Assembly (NCBI GenBank): GCA_964016885.1
Contig: OZ024742.1
Location: 143,716,001-143,780,000, forward strand
DNA from: Eledone cirrhosa
Lineage: Eukaryota
Reading direction: 5' to 3'
Length of the DNA stretch: 64,000 nucleotides
Below are positions 38,047 through 51,928 of the stretch, one piece after another. The stretch's first letter is position 1. Each line of letters opens with the position of its first letter. A model generated the notes under the pieces. The model saw nothing but the letters and a program-made list of their open reading frames with translations. It was not told the origin of the DNA and did no database searches. The translations under genes were made by a program, and so were the position numbers.

Positions 38047-38164
38047 GGTTCCCGGACCCGAGTTTCTGCCGTACTAATGCAGCAGTAAGGTGCACTGCAC
38101 CATCTGTCTGCATATATTATGCAACAATGCACAATCGGCTTATGCGGCTTCATCAGCGGGTACC
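38047..38164 (-). ncRNA. type I hammerhead ribozyme motif with extended helix II
   Basis: Minus strand GGTACCCG-CTGATGA-A-GCCG-[~74 nt]-CGGC-A-GAAAC-TCGG-GTC-CGGGAACC. Stem I pairs 7/8, and the GUC cleavage triplet is present. Confidence 0.75.
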
Positions 38165-38640
38165 GCCTAATCAATAACCAATCGATCGACAGAATCCTAA
38201 GACCAGTCTATGCCGGCCATGACTGTTTGTGACGACTGACACGGTAAAGCTATTAGCAACTGGCATCCGATAGAACTCTATCTCTCAACTAGCCACTGAT
38301 TTACAAATTTTACGTGGGGACGGGAAGCTAAAAAGAATGAATCTTTTCGTTCCTGTCAGAAGCCCTCAGCCAACGTGTCTCACACACAAATTATCAAGGG
38401 GTGAAAAGATGGCCATTAGAAATAGCAGTTCACATTGATATAAAATAGAATGGTAGCATTCGGTTCATGTCTCCAAGCCCCATGGCTAGAGGAAAGCGAT
38501 GGTAATAATGGTAGTGCCAAGAACCTTTAACGGACTTTAAATGCGATCATCCATTATATAGCAATATAGTAGCGAGCTGAAATGTGTCAGCCGCGTGCGT
38601 AGCTAACCAGTTTATTTCACAACTTAAAAGAATGAGAGAC

Positions 38641-39723
38641 AAAATTAATAAAAATAATGAATAAAAACAAAGAAACAGTTCCTTATATTAAAAAAATTCA
38701 TCATTTTACGATCGTTTCTAGGATCTGTGTGTGTTGGTATGTATATCCTATAGATCTATGTAAAAATTTTACAAACTATCAGAGGGAATATACATTCCTA
38801 CACATATATATGCTGTCTTCAAAAATAATTGTTTCTACGTTAGGCACAAGGCCAGCAAATTACCCAGTGCATTACTGGTACTTTATTTTATCGACCCCGT
38901 AAGGATGAAAGGCAAAGTCAACCTCGGCGGGATTTGAACTCAGATCGTAAAGGGACGTAACTATGCTGGAAAGCATGGCGTCCGACCCTCTACCGATACT
39001 GCTAATCCATTCAGAAATAATGATATTTATTTATTGAAAAAACCCAACAAAGATTTAATATAATAGGTCTGTTTGGGAACAGGTTTTGAATTGACCAATA
39101 TAAAAGTAATAAGTGGTCAAGTTGATAGAATAGTAGTAGTAGAAATTTAATTTAGGGGTTATTCTTTAATAACATCAAATTTTCGTGTACCTTTCATCGG
39201 CTTGACCTCTTTTCATCCCCAAAAGTAATCTTTTTATTCAAAATATTCTTTCCATTCAAAACTGAAGTCTGCATTCCTCTACTCCTAAATTAAATTTCTA
39301 CTAGTACTATTCTATCAATTTGACCACTTACTACTTTTCTATTGGTCAATTCAAAACCTGTTCCCAAACAGACCTATTATATTAAATCTGTGTTGGTTTT
39401 TTTCAATAAACAAATATCATTACGTCCCTTTATGATCTAAGTTCAAATCCCGCCGAGGTTAACGGAGTCGATAAAATAAAGTATCAGTAATGTACTGGGT
39501 AATTTGCTGGTCTTGTGCCTAAAGTAGAAACAATTATTTCTGAAGACAGCATATATATGTGTAGGTATGTATATTCCCTCTGATAGTTTGTAAAATGTTT
39601 ACATAGATCTATAGGATATACATACCAACACACACATATATATCCTAGAAACGATCGTAAAATGATGAATTTTTTAATATAAGGAACTGTTTCTTTGTTT
39701 TTATTCATTATTTTTATTAATTT
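38641..39723. repeat. long inverted duplication (arms 38641-39156 and 39284-39723)
   Basis: The arms are colinear reverse complements. The right arm has two deletions inside the embedded SINE, and the spacer is ~127 bp. Confidence 0.92.
38826..39010 (-). mobile_element. tRNA-derived SINE with Meta-like domain (second family)
   Basis: Minus strand GAGTTCAAATCCCGCCGAGGTTGACTTTGCCTTTCATCCTTACGGGGTCGATAAAATAAAGTACCAG: a B box followed by the MetaSINE-like core. A deleted copy lies at ~39420-39540 (+). Confidence 0.75.
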
Positions 39724-39854
39724 ATCTTAACTCTGTTTTCCTGTGATTTTCATCGAAAACATTTTCGAATACATGTTCTCTTTTCATGATATTTGGATTA
39801 CATTGACATCTTCATACGGATTGGACACTACCGTATATTTTGGTAGATTTATCT

Positions 39855-40363
<509 letters not shown>

Positions 40364-40497
40364 AAGCACCTGTGTTTAGAAAACGCTGGGTGGAATTTGA
40401 CAATTAAATTAGTTGATTTCGCCATAACTTTGATTAAATAAAATAGTTTAATAATAGCAGGGCATATAAGCCCATTGAACAGAAAAAACATGGACAT

Positions 40498-40564
40498 CAG
40501 CACACAGGGACTTAGACCATCACCTCTTGTTTACCGGACAAGTCTGCTACCATTTATCTATGCT
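40498..40564 (-). pseudogene. degenerate tRNA-Thr-like sequence or SINE head
   Basis: Minus strand AGCATAGATAAATGGTAG..CTTGT-CCGGTAA-ACAAG-AGGT..TCTAAGTCCC: an anticodon stem-loop with GGT and degenerate A/B boxes. Confidence 0.35.
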
Positions 40565-40761
40565 AAAAAATTGAAATCGAAAGAGTAATGGAATGAGAAA
40601 GAACGAGAGCAAGAAAAAGAAAAAGAGGGAGAAAATGTGTTTTCTTTATGGACATTAGATGTAGCGCGTGTTATTGGAAATTTTACTGCTATTTCTAGCA
40701 GGTAAAACAACTGTGTTTGGCACTATTGCTGTTATGTTTTACACCCTATTGCTGTTGCTAA

Positions 40762-41575
40762 TACGAAGGTCAGCTGAAAGGTTCAATGTCTGAAGAAGAA
40801 ACTCTCATGTAATAACGAAAAGTTCATAAGCTGACAAGAATTCTTGTGCCGCTAAACTCCGCCAGTTGCAGACTGCTCATTAACATGTGATATCTCTCTC
40901 CACAAAGTTCGATCACCAGCAGAAGAGTTCAAAGAGCAAAGATCAAGTCCAGTCCATGAATTGACATTGTCAAGCCATCATTTTGTCTGCCGGCCTCTAC
41001 TTCTCTTACCAGCCAACCTTCCTTCCAGGCATAACCTACTCACACCACGAGATGATCTTTTTATATGTCCGTATAGTTTGAGTACTCTTGACTTGACAAT
41101 TGATGTAATTGGTCTAAGTTTGGTAATGTTGAGCAGCTCACTGATACAGATACGCTCGCTGAGCCACTGGCCAGTCATAAGTCTCATGATGTGGTTTTGG
41201 AATGTAGAGAGCTTCTGAAGTGACCTTGTCGTCCAATTAACACAGTCAAGACCATATAACACAACTGATAGGATGAAAGTATCAAAGATCTTAGCCTTCA
41301 AATGATAGGAAACCTGTTTTGATGTTAGTACTTTCTTGTTCTTGTTGAAAGCTGCCCAACCTAAAGCGATTCGATATTGGTAGCAACCATTCCATGAGGG
41401 TGGGTGGAGTCTCTCTGACCGGAACACTCTCATGTAATAACCAAATGAGGTTTATTTTTCAACATAGTCCCTGGAAAGAAACAATAAGATTAATTGAAAT
41501 TAATGCATGCAAGATTTCACAGTACTAGCATCACTCCTTCATTGTCAGCCTGAGAACTTTTCAGCCTACCCTCAT
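40762..41575. mobile_element. mariner-type MITE interrupted by an RTE insertion
   Basis: Terminal inverted repeats TACGAAGGTCAGCTGAAAGGTTC (40762) / GAACTTTTCAGCCTACCCTCATA (to 41575), similar to those at 34480. Confidence 0.7.
40817..41425 (-). mobile_element. 5'-truncated RTE-clade LINE (ORF C-terminus)
   Basis: RIALGWAAF..KAKIF..SVVLYG..W..LKLYGHIKR..LEGRLAGKRSRGRQ*WLDNV..DRTLWR are characteristic RTE post-RT motifs. The fragment is flanked by a 16-bp direct repeat ACTCTCATGTAATAAC (40801-40816, 41426-41441). Confidence 0.88.
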
Positions 41576-41599
41576 ATGATGTTGTTGTTCACAATATAG

Positions 41600-41925
41600 T
41601 GAAGGCACGTGGCTTTGTGGTTAGGGATTTCGGCTCACAATTATAGGGTCGTGAGTTCGATTCCCAGCGGCGTGTTGTGTCCTTCATCAAGACACTTTAT
41701 TTCACGTTGCTCCAGTCCACTCAGCAGGCAAAAATGAGTTATAGATATAATTTGAAGGGCCAGCCTTGTCACGTTCGGTGTCACACTGAATCTCCGTGAG
41801 AACTACGTTAAGATTACGCGTGTTTGTGGAATGTTCAGCCAGTTGCACATTAGTTTCATGAGCAGGTTGTTCCGTTGAGCATATCAATTGGAACACTCGT
41901 CGACACAACCGACGGAGTGCCAACT
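41600..41925 (+). mobile_element. tRNA-derived CORE-like SINE, near full length
   Basis: TGAAGGCACGTGGCTTTGTGG, B box GAGTTCGATTCC, CORE-like domain and 3' tail, colinear with 21757-22046. Confidence 0.88.
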
Positions 41926-41935
41926 CTGTTCTCAA

Positions 41936-42187
41936 TATTGCTGTTAGCACAGTTGTTGTCATTGTTATTGCTGTTGTTATTGTTACCTCTGTTGTTATAA
42001 TTGTTATCACTGTACTTATTGATGCTTCCACTGATTTTGTTGTTAGCATTTTTGTTCTCACTATTGCTATTATTGTTATTATAGTTCTCGTTAATGTTAT
42101 CGCCGTCGTCGTTGTTGTTGTTGTTGTTGTTGTTTCTGGTGTTTATTATTGTTATTATAGTTCTCGTTAATGTTATCGCTGTCGTCG

Positions 42188-42220
<33 letters not shown>

Positions 42221-42250
42221 CTGGTGTTATTGTCAGTATTGTCGTTGTTG
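41936..42250. repeat. (GTT)n-rich low complexity with ~75-bp tandem duplication
   Basis: TATTATTGTTATTATAGTTCTCGTTAATGTTATCGC-GTCGTC(GTT)nTCTGGTGTT occurs at ~42069 and ~42144. Confidence 0.85.
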
Positions 42251-42437
42251 GTATTCCATTTCACTGTTCTAAAATTCATGCCTCATCTCATGTCGATATC
42301 GTAAACAAAGCTAGCAGGGAAACTTGTATTTTACGCATGACTTAACCAACCGTACAATTAGAAGAGCCGGCATGTTCCGCTTTGCGAGGTGCCATGGTTA
42401 TATCGTTAATTACCAGTTGTTGCTGGGGCTGCTGTAG

Positions 42438-42630
42438 TCGTCATCAAAATCATCATCATCATTATCATCATCATCAAAATCATCGTTGTCATCATCATCA
42501 TCATGTCGTCTTCATCATCGTCATAGTCATCGTCGTCGTCGTCGTCGCCGTCGTCACCACCACCACCACCACCACCACCACCATCACCATCACCATCATC
42601 ATCATCACCATCACAATTACCATCACCAGC

Positions 42631-42661
<31 letters not shown>

Positions 42662-42713
42662 CCAGCATCCTCATCACCATCATCATCATCATCATCACCA
42701 TCGTCACCATCAC

Positions 42714-42748
<35 letters not shown>

Positions 42749-42755
42749 CCTTCAT

Positions 42756-42789
<34 letters not shown>

Positions 42790-42955
42790 CCATCACCATC
42801 ACCATTACCATCACCATCACCATTACCATCACCACCATCATCATCATCAGCAGCAGCAGCAGCATCATCATCAGCACTATCATCATCCTCGTCGTAAATC
42901 ACACCACTGCATTCATCATCATCATCATCATCATCAAGGTAAATCACAACACTGC

Positions 42956-42993
<38 letters not shown>

Positions 42994-43102
42994 AGGTAAA
43001 TCACACCTCTGTTGTCGTCATCGTTACAATATTTATCTTCATAATCATTATAAACCTCATCATCATTATCCTCTTCATCCTACGTTGTCATCATCATCAT
43101 CA
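42438..43102. repeat. (CAT)n/(CAC)n microsatellite plus satellite junction sequence
   Basis: Read directly from the sequence; the junction is duplicated at ~51466-52101. Confidence 0.9.
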
Positions 43103-46100
43103 CCGCAACCACCACCACAACCACCACCACAACCACCACCACAACCACCACCACAACCACCACCATAACCACCACCACAACCACCACCGCAACCACCACC
43201 ACAACCACCACCACAACCACCACCACAACCACCACCACAACCACCACCGCAACCACCACCACAACCACCACCACAACCACCACCACAACCACCACCACAA
43301 CCACCACCACAACCACCACCGCAACCACCACCACAACCACCACCACAACCACCACCACAACCACCACCACAACCACCACCACAACCACTACCACAACCAC
43401 CACCACAACCACCACCACAACCACCACCACAACCACCACCACAATCACAACCACAACCACCACCACAACCACCACCGCAACCACCACCACAACCATCACC
43501 ACAACCACCACCACAATCACAACCAAAACCACCACTAAAAACACCACCACAACCACCACCAAAATCACCACCACAACCACCACCACAATCACAACCAAAA
43601 CCACCACCACAACCACCACCAAAACCACCACCAAAACGACCACCGCAACCACCACCACAACTACCACCACAATCACAACCACAACCACAACTACAACCAC
43701 CACCATAAACCACCACCCCATCACCACCACAACCACCACAAGAACTACCACCACAACCACCACCATAACCACCACCACAACCACCACCACAACCACCACC
43801 ACAATCACAACCACAACCAGCACCACAACCACAACCACAATCACAACCACAACCAGCACCACAACCATCACCACAACCACCACCACAATCACAATCACAA
43901 CCAACACCACAACCACCACCACAACCACCACTACAACCACCACCGCAACAACCACCGCAATCACCACCACAACCACCACCACAAACACCACCACAACCAC
44001 CACCACAACCACCACAACAACCACCACCACAACCACCACCACAAACACCACCACAAACACCACCACAACCACCACCTCAACCACCACAACATCCACCACC
44101 ACAACCACCACCACAACCACCACCACAACCATCACCACAATCACAACCACAAACACCACCACAACCACCGCCACAACCCCCACCACAACCACCACCACAA
44201 CCACCACCACAATCACCACCACAACCACCACCACAATCACCACCACAACCAACACCACAACCACCACCACAACCACCATCACAACCACCACCACAACCAC
44301 CATCACAACCACAACCACAATCACAACCACAAACAGCACAACAACCATCACCACGATCGTAACCACAACCAGCACCACAGCCACCACCACAACCACCACC
44401 ACAACCACCACCGCAACCACCACCACAACCCCCACCACAACCACCACCACAACCACCACCTCAACCTCCACCACAACCACCACCACAACCACCACCACAA
44501 CCACCACGACAACCACCACGACAACCACCACCACAACCACAACCACAATCACAACAACAACCACCACCACAACCACCACCGCAACCACCACTAACACCAC
44601 CACCACAACCACCAACACAACCACCACCACAACCACCACCACAACCACCACCACAACCACCACCCCAATCACAACCACAACCAGCACCACAACCACCACC
44701 ACAATCACAACCACAACCAGCACCACAGCCACCACCACAACCACCAACAAAACCACGACCACAACCACCAGCGCAACCACCACCTCAACCACCTCCACAA
44801 CCACTACCACAATCACAACCACAACCACCACTACAACCACCACCACAACCACCACCACAATCAAAACCACAACCATCAACACAATCACAACCACAACCAC
44901 CACCACAACCACCACCACAACCACCACCGCAACCACCACCACAAACACCACCAAAACCACCACCAAAATCACAACCACAACCACCACTACAACCACCACC
45001 ACAACCACCACCAAAACCACCACCACAACCACCACTACTATCACAACCACAACCACCACCACAACCACCACCAAAACCACCACCAAAACCTCCACCACAA
45101 CCACCACCTCAACCACCACCACAATCACAACCACAACCAACACTACAACCACCACAATCACCACCACAACCACCACCACAACCACCACCACAACCACCAC
45201 CACAACCACCACCAAAACCACCACCACAACCACAATCACCACGACAATCATCACCACAACCACCACCACAACAACCACCACAACCACAACCACAACCACC
45301 ACCACAACCACCACCACAACAACCACCATCCCCACCACCGCAACCACCACCGCAACCACCACCACAATCACCACCACAACCACCACAACAACCACCACCA
45401 CAACCTTCACCACAACCACCACCGCAACCACCACCGCAACCACCACCACAACCACCACCACAACCACAACCACAACCACCACCAAAACCACCGCCACAAT
45501 CACAACCACAACCACCACCACACCACCACCACAACAAACACCACAACCACCAACGCAACCACCACCACAACCACCACCACAACCACCACCACAACCACCA
45601 CCACAACCACCACCACAACCACCACCACAACCACCACCGCAACCACCACCGCAACCACCACCGCAACCATCACAACAACCACCACCACAACCACCACCAC
45701 AACCACCACCACAACCACAACCACAATCACAACCACAACCAGCAGCACAACCATCACCACAATCCCAACCACAACCAGTACCACAGCCACCACTCACAAC
45801 CACCACCACAACCACCACCGCAACCACCACCGCAACCACCACCGCAACCACCTCCACAACCACCACCACAATCACAACCACAACCACTACTACAACCACC
45901 ACTACAACCACCACCACAACCACCACCAAAACCACCACCACAACCACCACTACAATCACAACCACAACCACCACCACAACCACCACCAAAACCACCACCA
46001 AAACCACCACCACAACCACCACCACAATCACCACCACAATCACAACCACAACCACCACCACAACCACCACCACTACCACCACCACAACCACCATCACAAT

Positions 46101-49100
46101 CACCACCACAACCACCACCACAACCACCACCATAACCACCACCACAACCACCACGACAACCACCACCACAATCACCACCACAACCACCACCAAAACCACC
46201 ACCACAACCACCACCACAACCACCACCAAAACCACCACCACAACCACCACCACAACCACCACCGCAACCAACACCACAACCCACACCACAACCACCACCA
46301 CAACCACCACCTCATCCTCCACCACAACCACCACCACAACCACCACGACAACCACCACCACAACCACCACGACAACCACCACCACAACCACAATCACAAG
46401 CACAACCACCACCACAACCACCACCACAACCACCACTAACACCACCACCACAACCACCAACACAACCACCACCACAACCACCACCACAACCACCACCACA
46501 ACCACCACCACAAACACCACCACAAACACCACCACAACCACCACCTCAACCACCACAACATCCACCACCACAACCACCACCACAACCACCACCGCAACCA
46601 CCACCGCAACCACCACCACAACCACCACCACAACCACAACCACAACCACCACCAAAACCACCGCCACAATCACAGCCACAACCACCACCACACCACCACC
46701 ACAACAAACACCACAACCACCAACGCAACCACCACCACAACCACCACCACAACCACCACCACAACCACCACCACAACCACCACCACAACCACCACCACAA
46801 CCACCACCGCAACCACCACCGCAACCACCACCGCAACCATCACCACAACCACCACCACAACCACCACCACAACCACCACCACAACCACAACCACAATCAC
46901 AACCACAACCAGCAGCACAACCATCACCACAATCCCAACCACAACCAGTACCACAGCCACCACTCACAACCACCACCACAACCACCACCGCAACCACCAC
47001 CGCAACCACCACCGCAACCACCTCCACAACCACCACCACAATCACAACCACAACCACTACTACAACCACCACTACAACCACCACCACAACCACCACCAAA
47101 ACCACCACCACAACCACCACTACAATCACAACCACAACCACCACCACAACCACCACCAAAACCACCACCAAAACCACCACCACAACCACCACCACAATCA
47201 CCACCACAATCACAACCACAACCACCACCACAACCACCACCACTACCACCACCACAACCACCATCACAATCACCACCACAACCACCACCACAACCACCAC
47301 CATAACCACCACCACAACCACCACGACAACCACCACCACAATCACCACCACAACCACCACCAAAACCACCACCACAACCACCACCACAACCACCACCAAA
47401 ACCACCACCACAACCACCACCACAACCACCACCGCAACCAACACCACAACCCACACCACAACCACCACCACAACCACCACCTCATCCTCCACCACAACCA
47501 CCACCACAACCACCACGACAACCACCACCACAACCACCACGACAACCACCACCACAACCACAATCACAAGCACAACCACCACCACAACCACCACCACAAC
47601 CACCACTAACACCACCACCACAACCACCAACACAACCACCACCACAACCACCACCACAACCACCACCACAACCACCACCACAAACACCACCACAAACACC
47701 ACCACAACCACCACCTCAACCACCACAACATCCACCACCACAACCACCACCACAACCACCACCATCACCACAATCACAACCACAACCACCACCACAACCA
47801 CCACCACAACCACCACCACAACCACCACCATAACCACCACCACAACCACCACGACAAACACCACCACAACCACCTGCTCAACCACCACCACAACCACCAC
47901 CACCACCACAACCACCACCACAACCGCCACCACAGCACCACCAAAACCACCACCACGATCACAACAACAACCACCACGACAAACATCACCACAACCACCA
48001 CCACAACCACCACCACAACCACCACCACAACCACCACCACAACCACCACCGCAACCACCACCGCCACCACCACGCAACCAGCACCACAACCACCACCACA
48101 ACCACCACCTCAACCACCACCACAACCACCACCACAACCACCACCACCACCACAACCACAATCACAACCACAACCACGACCACAACCAACACCACAACCA
48201 CCACCACAACCACGACCACAACCACCACCACAACCACCACCACAACCACCATCACATCCACCAGCACAACCTCAACCACAATCACAACCACAACCAGCAC
48301 CACAACCATCACCACAACCACCACCACAACCACCACCACAACCACCACCACAACCACCACCACAAACACCACCACAAACACCACCACAACCACCAATTCA
48401 ACCACCACAACATCCACCACCACAACCACCACCACAACCACCACCACAACCATCACCACAATCACAACCACAACCACCACCACAACCACCACCACAACCA
48501 CCATCACAACCACCACCACAACCACCACCACAATCACCACCACAACCACCACCACAATCACAACCACAATCACCACCACAACCAACACCACAACCACCAC
48601 CACAACCACCACCACAATCACCACCACAACCACCACCACAATCACAACCACAACCACCACCACAACCAACACCACAACCACCCCCACAACCACCACCACA
48701 ACCACCACCACAACCACCACCACAACCACAACCACAATTGCAACCACAACCAGCACCACAACCATCACCACAATCGCAACCACAACCAGCACCACAGCCA
48801 CCACCACGACCCCCACCACAACCACCACCACAACCACCACCTCAACCTCCACCACAACCACCACCACAACCACCACCACAACCACCACTACAACCACCAC
48901 CACAACCACCACCACGATAAAAACCACAACCACCTCCACAACCACCACCACAACCACCACCACAACCACCACCGCAACCACTACCACAACCACCACCAAA
49001 ACCACCACCACAATCACAAACACAAACACAACCACCACTACAACCACCACCACAACCTCCACCAAAACAATCACCACAACCACCACTACAATCACAACCA

Positions 49101-51489
49101 CAACCACCACCACAACCACCACCAAAACCACCACCAAAACCACCACCACAACCACCACCTCAACCACCACCACAATCACAACCACAACCAACACTACAAC
49201 CACCACCACAACCACCACCACAACCACCACCACAACCACCACGATAAACACCACCACAACCACCCCGACAACCACCACGACAACCACCACCTCAACCACC
49301 ACCACAACCACCACCACAACCACCAACACAACCACCACCACAACCACAACCACAACCACCACCACAACAACCACCACAACAACTACCACCCCCACCACCG
49401 CAACCAACACCGTAACCACCACCACAAACACCACCACAACCACCACAACAACCACCACCACAACCACCACCACATCCACCACAACAACCACCACAACCAC
49501 CACCACAACCACCACCAAAACCACCGCCATAATCACAACCACAACCATCACCACAACCACCACCACAACCACCACCACAACCACCACTACAATCACAACC
49601 ACAACCACCACCACAACCACCACCAATCCACCACCAAAACCACCACCACAACCACCACCTCAAGCACCACCACAATCACAACCACAACCAACACTACAAC
49701 CACCACCACAAACATCACCACAACCACCACCACAACCACCACCAGCACCACCACCATAAACACCACCACAACCACCACGACAACCACCACGACAACCACC
49801 ACCTCAACCACCACCACAACCACCACCACAACCACCAACACAACCACCACCACAACCACAACCGCAACCACCACCACAACCACACAACCACAACAACCAC
49901 CACCCCCACCACCGCAACCACCACCGCAACCACCACCACAAACACCACCACAACCACCACAACAACCACCACCACAGCCACCACCAAAACCACCGCCACA
50001 ATCACAACCACAACCATCACCACAACCACCACCACCACAACAAACACCACAACCACCAACGCAACCACCACCACGACCACCACCACAACCACCACCACAA
50101 CCACCACCACAACCACCACCACAACCACCACCAAAACCACCACCACAACCACCACCACAACCACCACCGCAACCATCACCACAACCACCACCACAACCAC
50201 CACCACATATACCACCACAACTACCACCACAACCAACCACCACAACCACCACCACAACCACCACCACAACCACAACCACAATCACAACCACAACCAGCAG
50301 CACAAGCATCACCACAATAACAACCACAACCAGCACCACAGCCACCACTCACAACCAGCACCACAACCACCACCGCAACCACCACCGCAACCACCACCAC
50401 AACCACCTCCACAACCACCACCACAATCACAACCACAACCACCACTACAACCACCACTACCACCACCACCAAAACCACCACCAAAACCACCACCACAACC
50501 ACCACCACAACCACCACCATAACCACCACCACAACCACCACGACAACCACCAACACAACCACCACCTCAACCACCACCACAACCACCACCACAACCACCA
50601 CCACAACCATCACCACAACCACCACCACAACCACCACCACAACCACCACCAAAACCACCACCACAACCACCACCACAACCACCACCAAAACCGCCACCAC
50701 AACCACCACCACAATCACCACGACAACCACCAAGACAACTACCACCACAACCACAACCACAATCACAAGCACGACCACCACCACAACCACCACCACAACC
50801 ACCACTAACACCACCACCACAACCACCAAGACAACCACCACCACAACCACCATCACAACCACCACCACAACCACCACCACAACCACCACCACAACCACCA
50901 CCAAAGCCACCACCACAACCACCACCACAACCACCACCAAAACCACCACCACAACCACCACCACAATCACCACGACAACCACCAAGACAACTACCACCAC
51001 AACCACCACCACAACCACCACCACAACCACCACCACAATCACAACGACAACCAGCACCACAACCACCACCACAATCACAACCACAAGCACCACCACAGCC
51101 ACCACCACAACCACCAACACAACACCACCACAACCACCAACACAACCACCACGACAACCACCACCACAACCACCAACACAACCACCACGACAATCACAAC
51201 CACAATAACAACCACCACTACAACCACCACCACAACCACCACCACAATCAAAACCACAACCACCTCCACAACCAACACCACAACCACCACCACAACCACC
51301 ACCGCAACCACCACCACAACCACCACCGCAACCACCACCACAACCACCACCACAACCACCACCACAACCACCACCACTACAAACACCACAACAACCAACG
51401 CAACCACCACCGCAACCGCCACCGCAACCACCACCACCACCACAACCACAACCACCACCACAACCACCATCACCATCATCATCATCACC

Positions 51490-51520
<31 letters not shown>

Positions 51521-51611
51521 TCATCGCCATCATCACTATCATCACCGTCACCGTCACCATTACCATCACCAGCATCAACATCACCATCATCACCATCATC
51601 ATCACCATCAC

Positions 51612-51649
<38 letters not shown>

Positions 51650-51896
51650 CCATCATGATCACCACCACCACCACCACCACCATCACCATCATCATCATCA
51701 CCATCATCATCACCACCACCACAACCACCACCATCACCATCATCATCATCACCGTCATCGCCATCATCATCACCATCACCATCATCATCATCATCATCAC
51801 CATGATCAACATCATCATCACCATCACCATCATCATCATCATCATCATCATCACCATCATCACCATCACCATCACCATCACCATTACCATCACCAC

Positions 51897-51928
<32 letters not shown>

